Below are positions 1 to 8,975 of a DNA stretch of 64,000 nucleotides, one piece after another. Source of the stretch: Alphaproteobacteria bacterium (GTDB taxonomy: Bacteria; Pseudomonadota; Alphaproteobacteria; CAAHEQ01; UBA3637); assembly GCA_017559525.1 (NCBI GenBank), contig JAFYRI010000009.1, positions 8,443-72,442 of the forward strand, in the 5' to 3' direction. Numbering within the stretch: the first letter of the stretch is position 1; each line of letters begins with the position of its first letter. The notes below the pieces were generated by a model. It searched no databases and was not told the origin of the DNA. It worked only from the letters and a program-made list of their open reading frames with translations. Both the position numbers and the translations under genes were made by a program.

Positions 1-2
1 AT

Positions 3-1391
3 ATGTTATATCAACCGCGTTCTGAAATTGAAATGGCGTCTTATAAAACTTTAGTTAAATCATTGGTCGGTTTTTCTGCTGAACGAGGTGATACATTAGA
101 GTTAATAAACTTACCTTTTGTAAAAATGCCTGATAATACAATTTTGGGATTTAAGCGAGGGGTTGTTATTCAGTCTGTCTTATTGATATTGTTTTTTGTT
201 TTAACCGTTTTGATTTTGATTCGTTTTATTTTGCCAATGATTTATATATTGTTGCAGCCAACGCCGATTCGGGCTGTAAATGCAGCATATGCAACATCAA
301 CAACTGAATTTGATGATGTTGCTGTAAGTGGTAAAAAGAGTGTAATACAGAATTTATTTTCCTATAAACAATCTCAAGTTGTGTCTGTGATACGTAAGTG
401 GTTATATGGAATATCACAAGAAGGGGAATTAAGTGGTGTTCAAAAAACAGCTGTTTTATTATTAGCTTTAGGCGAAGAATATATTAAGCCTATTTTCTTA
501 AAATTAAAAGATGAAGAAGTTGTTACGATTTCTCGTACCATGGCAGAATTAGGATGTGTTTCAGGAGAAAATGTTCAGGAAGTTTTTGCATCATTTTTAG
601 CGTGTTTTCATCAAACAGGGGATTTATGCGCTAGTTCGGATTATGTGGAAACATTAATGGAGAATGTATTGCCCGCTTCCGGCAAGAAAGATATTTTGGA
701 GCAGATTTATGCGCCAGTAAGTGGAAAGAATATTTGGGAAAAATTAGAGCATACAGATACAACTAAATTGGCTGAAGCACTATCTGGTGAATATCCTCAA
801 ACAATTGCAGTTGTATTGTATCATTTATCTAATGAAAAAGCTAGTGACGTGTTAGGATGTTTTTCTGAAAGTTTAACGATGGATGTATTAATGCGTTTAA
901 CGGCTTTAAAAGATGTAGATGATCAAACATTGGCTGGGGTAGAGCAAGGGTTGGATGCAAAATTAAAGGCATTGCACAATCAACCATCCTTGGGTGGCAA
1001 AGAAAAAGCTGCGGGTATTATCAGTTTGATGGATAGAAAAACAGATATTTTAAATACATTGTTTGAACGTTCTCCAGAATTGGCGGGTCAATTATCTGCT
1101 GGAGTTATTATGTTTGAAGATATTGCGGATTGGGATGATAAGTCTATTCGAACATTGTTGGAAAAAATGGATAGGCAAGTTGTGATTTATGCTTTAAAAG
1201 GAGCATCGGATAAAATGAAAGAGGCTTTTTCGCGCAATATGTCTCCAGCTGTTTGGGGTGGTGTCCTGAAAGAAATTAATAAATTATCCTCTATCAAAGT
1301 AAAGGATATTGATGCGGCTCAGCATGCTTTAGTGCGAACAGCGCAAGAATTAATAGACCAAAAGAAAATTATTATTGTAAAAGAAAGATGA
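3..1391 (+). CDS. fliF-fliG: 5' partial ORF: FliF (M-ring) C-terminal periplasmic end, TM2 and cytoplasmic tail, continuing in frame into a full-length FliG rotor/switch protein (apparent natural FliF-FliG fusion)
   Basis: The N-terminal part has the FliF-like RGDTLELINLPF motif, then a TM helix (VVIQSVLLILFFVLTVLILIRFIL) and a tail ending ...VIRKWLYGISQEG. With no stop codon it then reads ELSGVQKTAVLLLALGEEY..., a typical FliG N-terminus, through to a FliG-like C-terminal domain. The junction is near nt 423-431. There is no in-frame ATG/GTG/TTG near the junction. Confidence 0.75.
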   Translation: MLYQPRSEIEMASYKTLVKSLVGFSAERGDTLELINLPFVKMPDNTILGFKRGVVIQSVLLILFFVLTVLILIRFILPMIYILLQPTPIRAVNAAYATSTTEFDDVAVSGKKSVIQNLFSYKQSQVVSVIRKWLYGISQEGELSGVQKTAVLLLALGEEYIKPIFLKLKDEEVVTISRTMAELGCVSGENVQEVFASFLACFHQTGDLCASSDYVETLMENVLPASGKKDILEQIYAPVSGKNIWEKLEHTDTTKLAEALSGEYPQTIAVVLYHLSNEKASDVLGCFSESLTMDVLMRLTALKDVDDQTLAGVEQGLDAKLKALHNQPSLGGKEKAAGIISLMDRKTDILNTLFERSPELAGQLSAGVIMFEDIADWDDKSIRTLLEKMDRQVVIYALKGASDKMKEAFSRNMSPAVWGGVLKEINKLSSIKVKDIDAAQHALVRTAQELIDQKKIIIVKER

Positions 1392-1398
1392 GGAAGAT

Positions 1399-1740
1399 AT
1401 GAATTCACAACAAAAAGCTCAATTGCAACAAATTACACGACGAGCATTGAAAAATGTTAATGGTCATTTCGCATCTGATGCTCCTCAATCATCGCAACCT
1501 TCTGTTGGTTCTGCGCCAGATAATTTACGTGATGTACCCGTTCATGTATCAGTTGGATTGGGAAAGGCAACTTTAATGTTGGGTGATTTAATGGCAATGA
1601 AAAAGGGGGATATATTGACATTAGATAAACAAGCTGGAGACCCAGTTGATGTATATGTGAATAATCATTTGGTTGCACATGGTGAATTAACGTTAAATGG
1701 AGAACAATTTGGCGTTGTTTTGACATCTTTAGTGTCTTAG
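1399..1740 (+). CDS. fliN: Flagellar motor switch protein FliN
   Basis: 113 aa. The C-terminal SpoA/FliN domain reads VSVGLGKATLMLGDLMAMKKGDILTLDKQAGDPVDVYVNNHLVAHGELTLNGEQFGVVLTSL. The gene sits in the flagellar cluster. Confidence 0.8.
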   Translation: MNSQQKAQLQQITRRALKNVNGHFASDAPQSSQPSVGSAPDNLRDVPVHVSVGLGKATLMLGDLMAMKKGDILTLDKQAGDPVDVYVNNHLVAHGELTLNGEQFGVVLTSLVS

Positions 1741-1753
1741 TAAGGATTGTTTT

Positions 1754-2725
1754 ATGAGATTGAAAACCATATCTGCGCCAACGATACCAGAGGCGATGAA
1801 AGAGGTGCGTCAAACATGGGGTGAGGATGCGGTTATTGTTTCGTCATTGCGTTTAGCCGATGGACGAACCCAATTGGTTGTTGCTATTGGTGAAAACGAA
1901 AACGATACAATGTTATCTCAAACATTATTACAATCTTCTAAAGGTCATATACAAAATGATAATGCCGAAAAAATGCGAGCATTGTTAAGTATGCATCGTG
2001 TTCCAGATTTGTTGATTGCAAAAATGTTAAAAGCTACTGATTTATCTGGAGATTTTGCTCAAATATTAACAGATACATTACGGCATGTTTTTTCATTTTC
2101 ACCAATTGGTATTGTTAAAACAAAGCGTGCGTTTTTATTAACGGGAATGTCGGCCTGTGGCAAGACAACTTCTTTGATTAAGTGGGCGTTAATGGCAAAA
2201 CAACAGCATGTCAAAGTTGCATTGGTTTCCATAGATAATCATAAAGCCGGAGCGATTCAAGGATTGCAGTCTGTTGCAAACTTATTAAAAGTTCCATTAA
2301 CAATTGTGGAAGATTTAGAGCAGTTGAATAAAGCGGTTCAAGAAGCGCGTTCGGATAGCGATTTAATATTAATTGATTCTGCGGGTTTGAATCCGTGGAT
2401 GGCAACAGATATGTCATTTTTGGCTGAAGTGAAACAACAATGTATTGGGGTGGAGCCAATTGTTGTTATTCCGGCGGGATTAGATAGTTTGGAAACGGGT
2501 GATATTGCATCTCAATTTGTTCGATTGGGGTGTACGCGCTTTATTGCAACTCGTTTAGATATATCCAGTGTGTATGGTAATATTTTAAGTGCTGCAGCTT
2601 CGGGTTTAGCCTTGACCTATTATGGTAAAGGGGCGATGCCAACGGATTTGTTTTCCTCTTTTTCTGCGGAAACGTTATCTGATTTGTTGATGAATACTCC
2701 CTTATCTCGGGAGTTGTTGTCATGA
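1754..2725 (+). CDS. flhF: Flagellar biosynthesis SRP-type GTPase FlhF (short form)
   Basis: P-loop LTGMSACGKTTSLIKWA. The SRP-GTPase fold motifs DSAG and ATRLD are present. It is followed by the MinD-like partner gene. Confidence 0.7.
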   Translation: MRLKTISAPTIPEAMKEVRQTWGEDAVIVSSLRLADGRTQLVVAIGENENDTMLSQTLLQSSKGHIQNDNAEKMRALLSMHRVPDLLIAKMLKATDLSGDFAQILTDTLRHVFSFSPIGIVKTKRAFLLTGMSACGKTTSLIKWALMAKQQHVKVALVSIDNHKAGAIQGLQSVANLLKVPLTIVEDLEQLNKAVQEARSDSDLILIDSAGLNPWMATDMSFLAEVKQQCIGVEPIVVIPAGLDSLETGDIASQFVRLGCTRFIATRLDISSVYGNILSAAASGLALTYYGKGAMPTDLFSSFSAETLSDLLMNTPLSRELLS

Positions 2726-3513
2726 TGGATTTTGTATCGCCATTGATATTGAAAACATTGCAGCGTACGGGTGGGAAGAATATTATTGTATTGGCTTCTG
2801 GTCGAGGTACTATGGGTAAAACATGGATTTCAATTGCCATGGCTAGTATCTTGGCGAAAATGGGGCAAAAAATATTGTTATTTGATGGTGATTTGGGACT
2901 GGCAAATATCGATATTCAATTAGGGATTTTTGCTCAAGCGGATATTACGGGTATTTTGAATGGGCAAGTTCCTATGAATAAAGCGATTCGCTGTTTTGAA
3001 CCTGGCGGTTTTGATATTATTACGGGACGCTCAAAAACACACTCTTTACAAGCGTTGGATGGTTGTGGATTGCAGTTGATTAAGGATGATTTATCGTTGT
3101 TGGCGACTCATTATGATACTGTTATTGTTGATTTGGGGAGTTCATCTGAGACAATGATAAATGTGTTTTCGGAAGATGTAGGTCGTATATTGGTCGTTTG
3201 TACAGATGAATTATTGGCTTTAACTCAAGCAAGAAATCTGTTGAAAATGCTGTCTAATAAAGGAAAAAGTGATAAAATTGGTATAGTTATTAATGCTGTA
3301 TCTTCGTTAAAAGAGGGAAATCGTACTTACTACACATTAACTAAAGCGTGTGATGATTTTTTAAAAGGAAGTTTACCTTTGTTGGGTGTGATACGTCAAG
3401 ATTCGTATGTGGTTGATGCGCTGGAAAATCGATTGTCTGTTTTTAATGCGTATCCAGATTGTAAAGCGATTAGTGATGTAAAAAAGATAATTGAAAAAAT
3501 AAATGATAAATAA
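2722..3513 (+). CDS. flhG: MinD/ParA-family ATPase FlhG (FleN)
   Basis: Deviant Walker A SGRGTMGKTWISIAMASILAKMG. The DGDLGLAN motif is present. The start ATGATGG overlaps the flhF stop, and the gene sits in flagellar context. Confidence 0.7.
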   Translation: MMDFVSPLILKTLQRTGGKNIIVLASGRGTMGKTWISIAMASILAKMGQKILLFDGDLGLANIDIQLGIFAQADITGILNGQVPMNKAIRCFEPGGFDIITGRSKTHSLQALDGCGLQLIKDDLSLLATHYDTVIVDLGSSSETMINVFSEDVGRILVVCTDELLALTQARNLLKMLSNKGKSDKIGIVINAVSSLKEGNRTYYTLTKACDDFLKGSLPLLGVIRQDSYVVDALENRLSVFNAYPDCKAISDVKKIIEKINDK

Positions 3514-3588
3514 AAGATAAAATTGCATTGACAAAGTGTGTGTTTTGTGGCACAGTACACATGTTATTTATTTCAAGGAGGCATTATT

Positions 3589-3774
3589 ATGGCAACTCAA
3601 AAAAAAGCAAAAAAAACGGTTGAAGCGCTGGCTCAATGCGATACAAAAGGAAAATATAGTGATTTGTTGACGCGTATCGTTTTGGTTTTTGAAACGGCTG
3701 TTTTGTACTTTATTATTTTATTTATTATTTTTGTGGCGAACAATTTTACAGTTATGTTCTTCCCAAAAGGTTAA
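3589..3774 (+). CDS. Small hypothetical protein with a C-terminal TM segment (61 aa from ATG with strong SD)
   Basis: AAGGAGG lies 8 nt upstream of the ATG at 3589. The product begins MATQKKAKKTVEALAQ and ends in a hydrophobic helix. The ORF track starts it earlier, at 3538. Confidence 0.35.
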   Translation: MATQKKAKKTVEALAQCDTKGKYSDLLTRIVLVFETAVLYFIILFIIFVANNFTVMFFPKG

Positions 3775-3793
3775 GTATTTTTCTTAAAAAATC

Positions 3794-3836
3794 AATCCGT
3801 TTGCCGAGTTTTTGCTTGACAAACGGATTTTTTTTG
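3794..3836 (+). terminator. Intrinsic terminator after the flagellar/small-protein operon
   Basis: 10-bp perfect stem AATCCGTTTG / CAAACGGATT followed by a T9 run. Confidence 0.6.
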
Positions 3837-3844
3837 TGTATAAA
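3816..3844 (+). promoter_or_regulatory. Sigma70-type promoter for rpsD (TTGACA-17-TATAAA)
   Basis: TTGACA at 3816-3821, an exact 17-nt spacer, then TATAAA(AT) at 3839-3844. The promoter is nested in the 3' arm of the preceding terminator. Confidence 0.55.
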
Positions 3845-3979
3845 ATAGGCTCTAATCCCTGAGAATGTGGGTATGCGGAATGAGCCGGATGCCACGCTTT
3901 GTACGGAAAATCCGTTGACAAAAGACTATCGGGGCAACAACTGATTTCAACATGAAATCAATAATGAAAGGCAAAAAAT

Positions 3980-4594
3980 ATGTCAAAAAGATTAAGTTCT
4001 AAATTTAAAATTGATCGTCGTTTGGGCGTTAACTTGTGGGGCAAAGCTAAAAGTCCTGTGAACAAAAGAAATTATGGTCCTGGTCAACATGGTGCCAACC
4101 GCAAAAAACCAACAGATTACGGTGTTCAATTGCATGCTAAACAAAAATTAAAAGGCGTGTATGGTAATGTATCCGAAAAACAATTGCGTAAATATTATGC
4201 CGAAGCTATTCGTCGTAAAGGTGATACATCCGAAAACTTAATCGGTATTTTGGAATGTCGTTTGGATTCCGTTGTATATCGTATGAAATTCGTTCCATCC
4301 GTGTTCGCTGCTCGTCAATTTGTCAGCCATGGTCACGTACTTGTGAACGGTAAAAAAGTAAATATTCCATCCTATATGGTAAAAGTTGGTGATGAAATCA
4401 GCGTTCGTAATAAAGCAAAAGAAATGGCTTTCGTTATCGAAGCTGGCGCTGCTACAGATCGTGAAGTTCCAGATTATATGGAAGTTGATGCTAAAAACTT
4501 CTGCGGTAAATTTATCCGCGTTCCGAAGTTGGCAGATGTTCCTTATGCAACACAAATGGAACCAAATTTGGTGGTGGAATTCTACTCTCGTTAA
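3980..4594 (+). CDS. rpsD: 30S ribosomal protein S4
   Basis: 204 aa. The sequence begins [38 protein letters not shown] and carries an S4 domain. Confidence 0.95.
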   Translation: MSKRLSSKFKIDRRLGVNLWGKAKSPVNKRNYGPGQHGANRKKPTDYGVQLHAKQKLKGVYGNVSEKQLRKYYAEAIRRKGDTSENLIGILECRLDSVVYRMKFVPSVFAARQFVSHGHVLVNGKKVNIPSYMVKVGDEISVRNKAKEMAFVIEAGAATDREVPDYMEVDAKNFCGKFIRVPKLADVPYATQMEPNLVVEFYSR

Positions 4595-4620
4595 TTTTAA
4601 CGAAAATGAATTTATGGAAA

Positions 4621-4646
4621 ACCTCTCCTTTGGGAGGGGTTTTTTG
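4621..4646 (+). terminator. Intrinsic terminator of rpsD
   Basis: ACCTCTCC-TTTG-GGAGGGGT hairpin (one G-U pair) followed by TTTTTTG. Confidence 0.6.
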
Positions 4647-5193
4647 TTGATTAAAATTATTTTTTGGATGCATTTTGAACTTTGTAATTTATATTGCCTG
4701 AAAAAGTGCATGCATAAAATATAAAATAATGTGTGAATGTCATTAAGTGGGATGGACAGATGTAAAAAAAGCATAGAAAGAGTTATGAAATGCAAAAAAA
4801 CGTGAAAGAATAAAAAAAATGCCAAATATTTTTTGCAAAAAAGCCTAAAACTTCATTAAAACATCTTAAAAACCACCATAAAAAAAGGTAAAAATTGTAA
4901 AATAATAGCGCTGTTAACTACATGTTAATAATCATGTGCATTTTTTTTGAAAAAATATAAAAAAAGCCTTGTCAACCATAAAAAAGTTTGCTAACGTCAC
5001 AATTGAAAGTACCGCTTTAAGGTATTTTTACGAAGTTGAAAGACTTTGTTTGTTGGATGTTTCTTGATCATTGCTGACAAAATGGTGGTTAAGATACCTT
5101 TGGCATTAAAGCTAAAGACATTTATCAAAAAGAGTTTTTCATCATCTTACCTTAGGGTAGGTAGTATTGTTATAACAAAGAAAGGAATTAAAC

Positions 5194-5604
5194 ATGAAAA
5201 AATTAGAATCTGGTCGTTCAATGGTTGAAATGTTGGGTGTATTGGCTATTATCGGTGTATTATCCATCGGTGGTATCGCTGGTTACACAATGGCTATGAA
5301 CCGTTACCGTGCAAACGAAGTTTTGAACGCTGCTCAAATGTTGTCCGTTGTTGCTCAATCCACAAGAGATACCGGTACAGTACCAAATTTAGAATCAATT
5401 GGCGTTGCTGGTGCTAGTGAAAATACAATTCACAATTGTACGTTAGCTGCTGAAGCAGGTAGTCCAGCTGTTTCAGCATCAGGCACAAATTGTGATTTAA
5501 CTACAATTGCTAATATCACAGGTCAAGACCATGATGATGGCACTATTATTAATGCCAACGGTCAATTGGGTGCAGCTGCAGTTGCCGGTGGCCAAGGCCA
5601 ATAA
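5194..5604 (+). CDS. Type IV pilin-like protein (prepilin with class III signal peptide)
   Basis: The N-terminus MKKLESG|RSMVEMLGVLAIIGVLSIGGIAGYTMAMNRYRANE has Gly at -1 and Glu at +5. The AIIGVLS hydrophobic helix and the Y..N.Y.A pattern match the type IVa pilin alpha1-N. Two Cys near the C-terminus (NCTLAAEAGSPAVSASGTNCD) resemble a D-region disulfide loop. Confidence 0.7.
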   Translation: MKKLESGRSMVEMLGVLAIIGVLSIGGIAGYTMAMNRYRANEVLNAAQMLSVVAQSTRDTGTVPNLESIGVAGASENTIHNCTLAAEAGSPAVSASGTNCDLTTIANITGQDHDDGTIINANGQLGAAAVAGGQGQ

Positions 5605-5647
5605 TACATAACTTTGTAAATATTTAATATTTACGGTATGTAAATGT

Positions 5648-5677
5648 CCCCTATCTTCGGATAGGGGATTTTCTTTT
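5648..5677 (+). terminator. Intrinsic terminator of the pilin gene
   Basis: CCCCTATC-TTCG-GATAGGGG perfect stem followed by ATTTTCTTTT. Confidence 0.65.
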
Positions 5678-5918
5678 AATATTATATTGTGGTTGAGTTG
5701 TTTTTTTTCTTTTGGATATGTAACAATCGATATAAAGTTTCTGTACGGATCTTTAGAATACAAATTTGGTGATTGGGTATGCCTATTTTTAATAACTCTT
5801 GTAGGTGTTTTATTCGTTAATTGTTGTGTTGATGCTAATATATCCATATATCGTTTAATACCTTTTATAATCGCGTTTTACAATAGAGTGTGTAAAGATT
5901 TGAATGAATTTATATATG

Positions 5919-5950
5919 AAAAAAAACGGCCGAATAAAAATTCGACCGTT
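5919..5950 (-). terminator. Intrinsic terminator downstream of the minus-strand GT2/yqgE operon
   Basis: On the minus strand, AACGGTCGAAT-TTTTT-ATTCGGCCGTT is followed by T8. Confidence 0.55.
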
Positions 5951-5971
5951 TGTGATTTTGGGATAGGTGGG

Positions 5972-7141
5972 TTATTTTACCTCTTTTGTAAATATTAATT
6001 TGTTTTTATCTTGTTTTTTGAATTCTTCTGTCCCATATCTATCCCATTTAATGACCAATGTATTTGGGGTATCTTTTATAATGGTCGCGGCATCTTTGTT
6101 TGCATAGCGATGAATGCGATTTTTGCCTTCAAATACAAAGAAATCATCCCAAAATTTATGTTTTACCCATGTGGCATTTGCGATGTCAGTTGGGCAATAT
6201 TTTTTTAAGGTTTCTTCTAATACTTTTTGATTAACAATATTTTTTGTTTTATTGGCATCTACCATCTTTTCCCATATTTGGCATTTAATGGGTGTTTCAC
6301 GGGAATGACCCAATAATGAATCATCTACATCAAATAGGCGAGATAATTTTTCCTTTTGTATTTTTTTATAGGTATCATATTGTATATAACTGTAATCTTT
6401 TGGTTTAATTAAATTCTTTTTGACACCATAACGTAATAAATGTTCTTGAAGTGTTGATATTTTTCCTCCAGCATTTAAGATGTCTGCGTATAATCCACAA
6501 TCTTCAGCATATAAGTTATCAGCACGATATCTGATTTTGTGTTTGTCCAAAAAGTCTTTTCGGAATATAACAGTTGGATGTGCCAATGCTGAAGATGTAT
6601 AGGAATTAATTTGTGTTAAATTTGGATCTTCTATTATTGGTAATTTATTTGTTTTTACGGCTTCTCCTTCTGCGCCCATGATACGAGCTCCCATTAAAGT
6701 AATAGAAGGGTGTAATTGCATGGCAAGAAGTTGTCTTTCTAAACGCCATGGTACCATTTCATCATCATCATCCATGCGTGCGATTAACTTACTTTTTGCA
6801 GCATCTAATCCGCGATTAAGTGAGTAAATTAATCCCTTATTTGTTTCGTTGTTCAATAACTTAATACGTTTATCTTTTTTTGCATATTCATCTAAAATTT
6901 TTTGCGTATTATCGGATGAACCATCGTTAATGATGATAAATTCAAAATCGGGTTCGGTTTGAGATAATACTGATTCAATGGCTCCACCCATTGTTGAAGC
7001 GCGATTGTATGTGGACATAACAACCGATACTTTTGGTGTGTGCCATAAGAGGCTTACTTTTGAAATGACGTCATAATGACATGCGGCATAGCCCAAACTG
7101 GCTGCAACAATCATTAAAAGAGGGGTTTTAAATTTTTTCAT
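5972..7141 (-). CDS. Family 2 glycosyltransferase with N-terminal signal/anchor and a ~150-aa C-terminal extension
   Basis: GT2 motifs VSVVMSTYNRASTMGGAIESVLSQT...FEFIIINDGSSDNT...DDDDEM. Confidence 0.7.
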   Translation of the reverse strand: MKKFKTPLLMIVAASLGYAACHYDVISKVSLLWHTPKVSVVMSTYNRASTMGGAIESVLSQTEPDFEFIIINDGSSDNTQKILDEYAKKDKRIKLLNNETNKGLIYSLNRGLDAAKSKLIARMDDDDEMVPWRLERQLLAMQLHPSITLMGARIMGAEGEAVKTNKLPIIEDPNLTQINSYTSSALAHPTVIFRKDFLDKHKIRYRADNLYAEDCGLYADILNAGGKISTLQEHLLRYGVKKNLIKPKDYSYIQYDTYKKIQKEKLSRLFDVDDSLLGHSRETPIKCQIWEKMVDANKTKNIVNQKVLEETLKKYCPTDIANATWVKHKFWDDFFVFEGKNRIHRYANKDAATIIKDTPNTLVIKWDRYGTEEFKKQDKNKLIFTKEVK

Positions 7142-7159
7142 ATTGTATCCTTGATCTTT

Positions 7160-7729
7160 TTATGCTTTGCCAAATTCAGAAAATAGTAAGGGAGGTGACA
7201 CGCCTAATGTAGCTAATGCTGTTTCCCATCTGTTTTCATATGGTGTATGAAATAGTAAATCAGAGTTTGCATCCGTTGTCAACCACACATTAGACATAAT
7301 TTCTTCTTCTAATTGTCCAGCGATCCACGTGGCGCATCCTAAGGCCAATATAAAATGTTTAGGTCCTTGGCCGGTGGATACGTCAGATAAAATGCGTTCC
7401 GATGTTGTTAAAGAAATATCTTGATGGTGCGATAGCGTTGTTGTACCGTGATATTCATCGGAGTGTAGTATGAAACCACGAGTTAGTTGTGTTGGACCAC
7501 CTAATAAAACATCTGGTTCTTTGTCATGTGATATGTACGGTAAATCCATTTGCTCCATAATATCACGGAAATGAATTTTATCTGCTGGACGATTAATAAC
7601 TAATCCCATAGCTCCATCATTTTCTGTGTGTGCTGAAACATAAATGACGGCCTTATTAAACCGGTCGTCATCAATGTTTGGCATGGCGATTAATAATTTT
7701 CCTGCTAAAGATGTGAAATTAGCTGTCAT
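7160..7729 (-). CDS. YqgE/AlgH family protein (UPF0301)
   Basis: 189 aa. LAGKLLIAMPNIDDDRFNKAVIYVSAHTENDGAMGLVINRP is typical of the family. Confidence 0.7.
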   Translation of the reverse strand: MTANFTSLAGKLLIAMPNIDDDRFNKAVIYVSAHTENDGAMGLVINRPADKIHFRDIMEQMDLPYISHDKEPDVLLGGPTQLTRGFILHSDEYHGTTTLSHHQDISLTTSERILSDVSTGQGPKHFILALGCATWIAGQLEEEIMSNVWLTTDANSDLLFHTPYENRWETALATLGVSPPLLFSEFGKA

Positions 7730-8078
7730 GTTTTTCTTCGTCGTCGTTATATGGATCCATTAAATCGGATAGGTTTTCTGTAGATGTTAATTCTTCATCA
7801 TCTTCTAAAATATCCAAATCATCTCCAACCAAATCTGCATCTGTTAAAGGAATATCTTCTGTCATTTGTAATAATGCTTCCTCATTTAAATCTTCATCAT
7901 CGATTTTTGGTGCAGCTTTTTTAGCTAATTTTAATAATTGTTTGTGTTTTTCTTCTTCATATGTTTCAGTTGTGTATTTTTCTTTGCATTTTGGGCAAGA
8001 AAATTCACTTTGTCTCATATCATAGAAAAATGCATCGCATTTTAAACATTTACGTTTTTGTCCCCATTCTGGTTTCAT
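7719..8078 (-). CDS. Zinc-ribbon / acidic C-terminal small protein (FYDLN_acid-like)
   Basis: An N-terminal CxxC...CxxC (KCLKCDAFFYDMRQSEFSCPKCKEKY) is followed by an extremely acidic D/E tail. Confidence 0.5.
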   Translation of the reverse strand: MKPEWGQKRKCLKCDAFFYDMRQSEFSCPKCKEKYTTETYEEEKHKQLLKLAKKAAPKIDDEDLNEEALLQMTEDIPLTDADLVGDDLDILEDDEELTSTENLSDLMDPYNDDEEKHDS

Positions 8079-8195
8079 ATTCTTTCTCCTTTAAAAAAAA
8101 CTTTTATCCATAAAAAAAGCTTGTTAAGTTTGCATTTGGCATGTTATTATGAACTTGTCAATAAAAAATTGCAAAATGAAGGAAAAAAATAACAA

Positions 8196-8864
8196 ATGAT
8201 TACAGTCGCAATAGATGGTGGAGCTGCTACGGGAAAGGGAACATTGGCGCAAAGGCTTGCAAAAGCTTATGATTTTGCATATTTAGATACCGGCGCTTTG
8301 TATCGGGCCGTTGCGTATGATGTAATGAGTTCTGGTTTTGAAGCGGATAATGAAGAGGCTGCCATTCGTGCCGCTTTATCTTTGCCGACAGATAAAATTG
8401 GTCAAATTCAATCAAATCCAGCGATTCGCGATGAAAAATATGGAACAGGGGCCTCAAAAGTCAGTCAAATTCCAGCGGTGCGTCAGGCTTTGTTAGAATT
8501 TCAACGTCGATTCGCCGAATCTCCTTGTTTTGCAGATGGTACTCCAGCTAAAGGAGCTGTTTTGGATGGTCGAGATATTGGCACGATTATTTGTCCAAAT
8601 GCCGATTTGAAAGTATTTTTAACAGCTAGTGCTGAAATTCGTGCCCAAAGACGATATAAAGAGTTGCAATTACGAAAAATTTATGCTATATATGAAGATG
8701 TTCTATCGGATGTGATTGCTCGTGATAAGCGGGATGCGGAACGCAAAATGGCGGCTATGAAGCCAGCTGATGATGCTTTCGTTTTAGATACGTCTGATTT
8801 AACGCCTGACGAAGTGTTTGCCGCCGTCGCCAGTCGTTTGGAACAAAAATTGTGCGGTAAGTAA
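8196..8864 (+). CDS. cmk: Cytidylate kinase
   Basis: ITVAIDGGAATGKGTLAQRLAKAYDFAYLDTGALYRAVA. Conserved cmk-rpsA synteny. Confidence 0.9.
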   Translation: MITVAIDGGAATGKGTLAQRLAKAYDFAYLDTGALYRAVAYDVMSSGFEADNEEAAIRAALSLPTDKIGQIQSNPAIRDEKYGTGASKVSQIPAVRQALLEFQRRFAESPCFADGTPAKGAVLDGRDIGTIICPNADLKVFLTASAEIRAQRRYKELQLRKIYAIYEDVLSDVIARDKRDAERKMAAMKPADDAFVLDTSDLTPDEVFAAVASRLEQKLCGK

Positions 8865-8975
8865 CTTTAAAGTCCACAAAAAGGAATTTTTGTTGGCCAA
8901 CCCTTTTAAAATTAAGGGCGTGATGCGTTAAAACGAATCGCGTAATTTTTTTTAAAAGTTTTTATAGGATAAAAT

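Noticed and set aside
226-417. Short antisense ORFs inside long genes (for example 226-417, 1457-1813, 9051-9311, 19496-19822, 27040-27252, 52677-52964)
   Set aside because: They are fully embedded in confidently identified genes on the opposite strand, have no SD, and have low-complexity translations typical of shadow ORFs in AT-rich DNA.
395-440. Independent internal start for fliG at the FliF/FliG junction
   Set aside because: An SD-like GAAGGGGAA is present, but the only nearby GTG is out of frame, and no in-frame ATG/GTG/TTG exists within 60 nt. The fusion reading is retained.
4238-4825. ORFs 4238-4825 (-) and 4386-4724 (+) downstream of rpsD
   Set aside because: They overlap rpsD and its terminator in AT-rich noncoding DNA. 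The products are repetitive F/I/K-rich strings with no start context.
5080-5110. Possible sigma54 promoter (TGGCAT...GCT) upstream of the short pilin gene
   Set aside because: The spacing between the GG and GC dinucleotides is 7 nt rather than the required 10, so it is not a credible -24/-12 element.
5687-5998. 103-aa ORF in the gap between the pilin terminator and the GT2 gene
   Set aside because: It spans the minus-strand terminator hairpin at 5919-5950, has no SD, and has a composition consistent with random AT-rich sequence.
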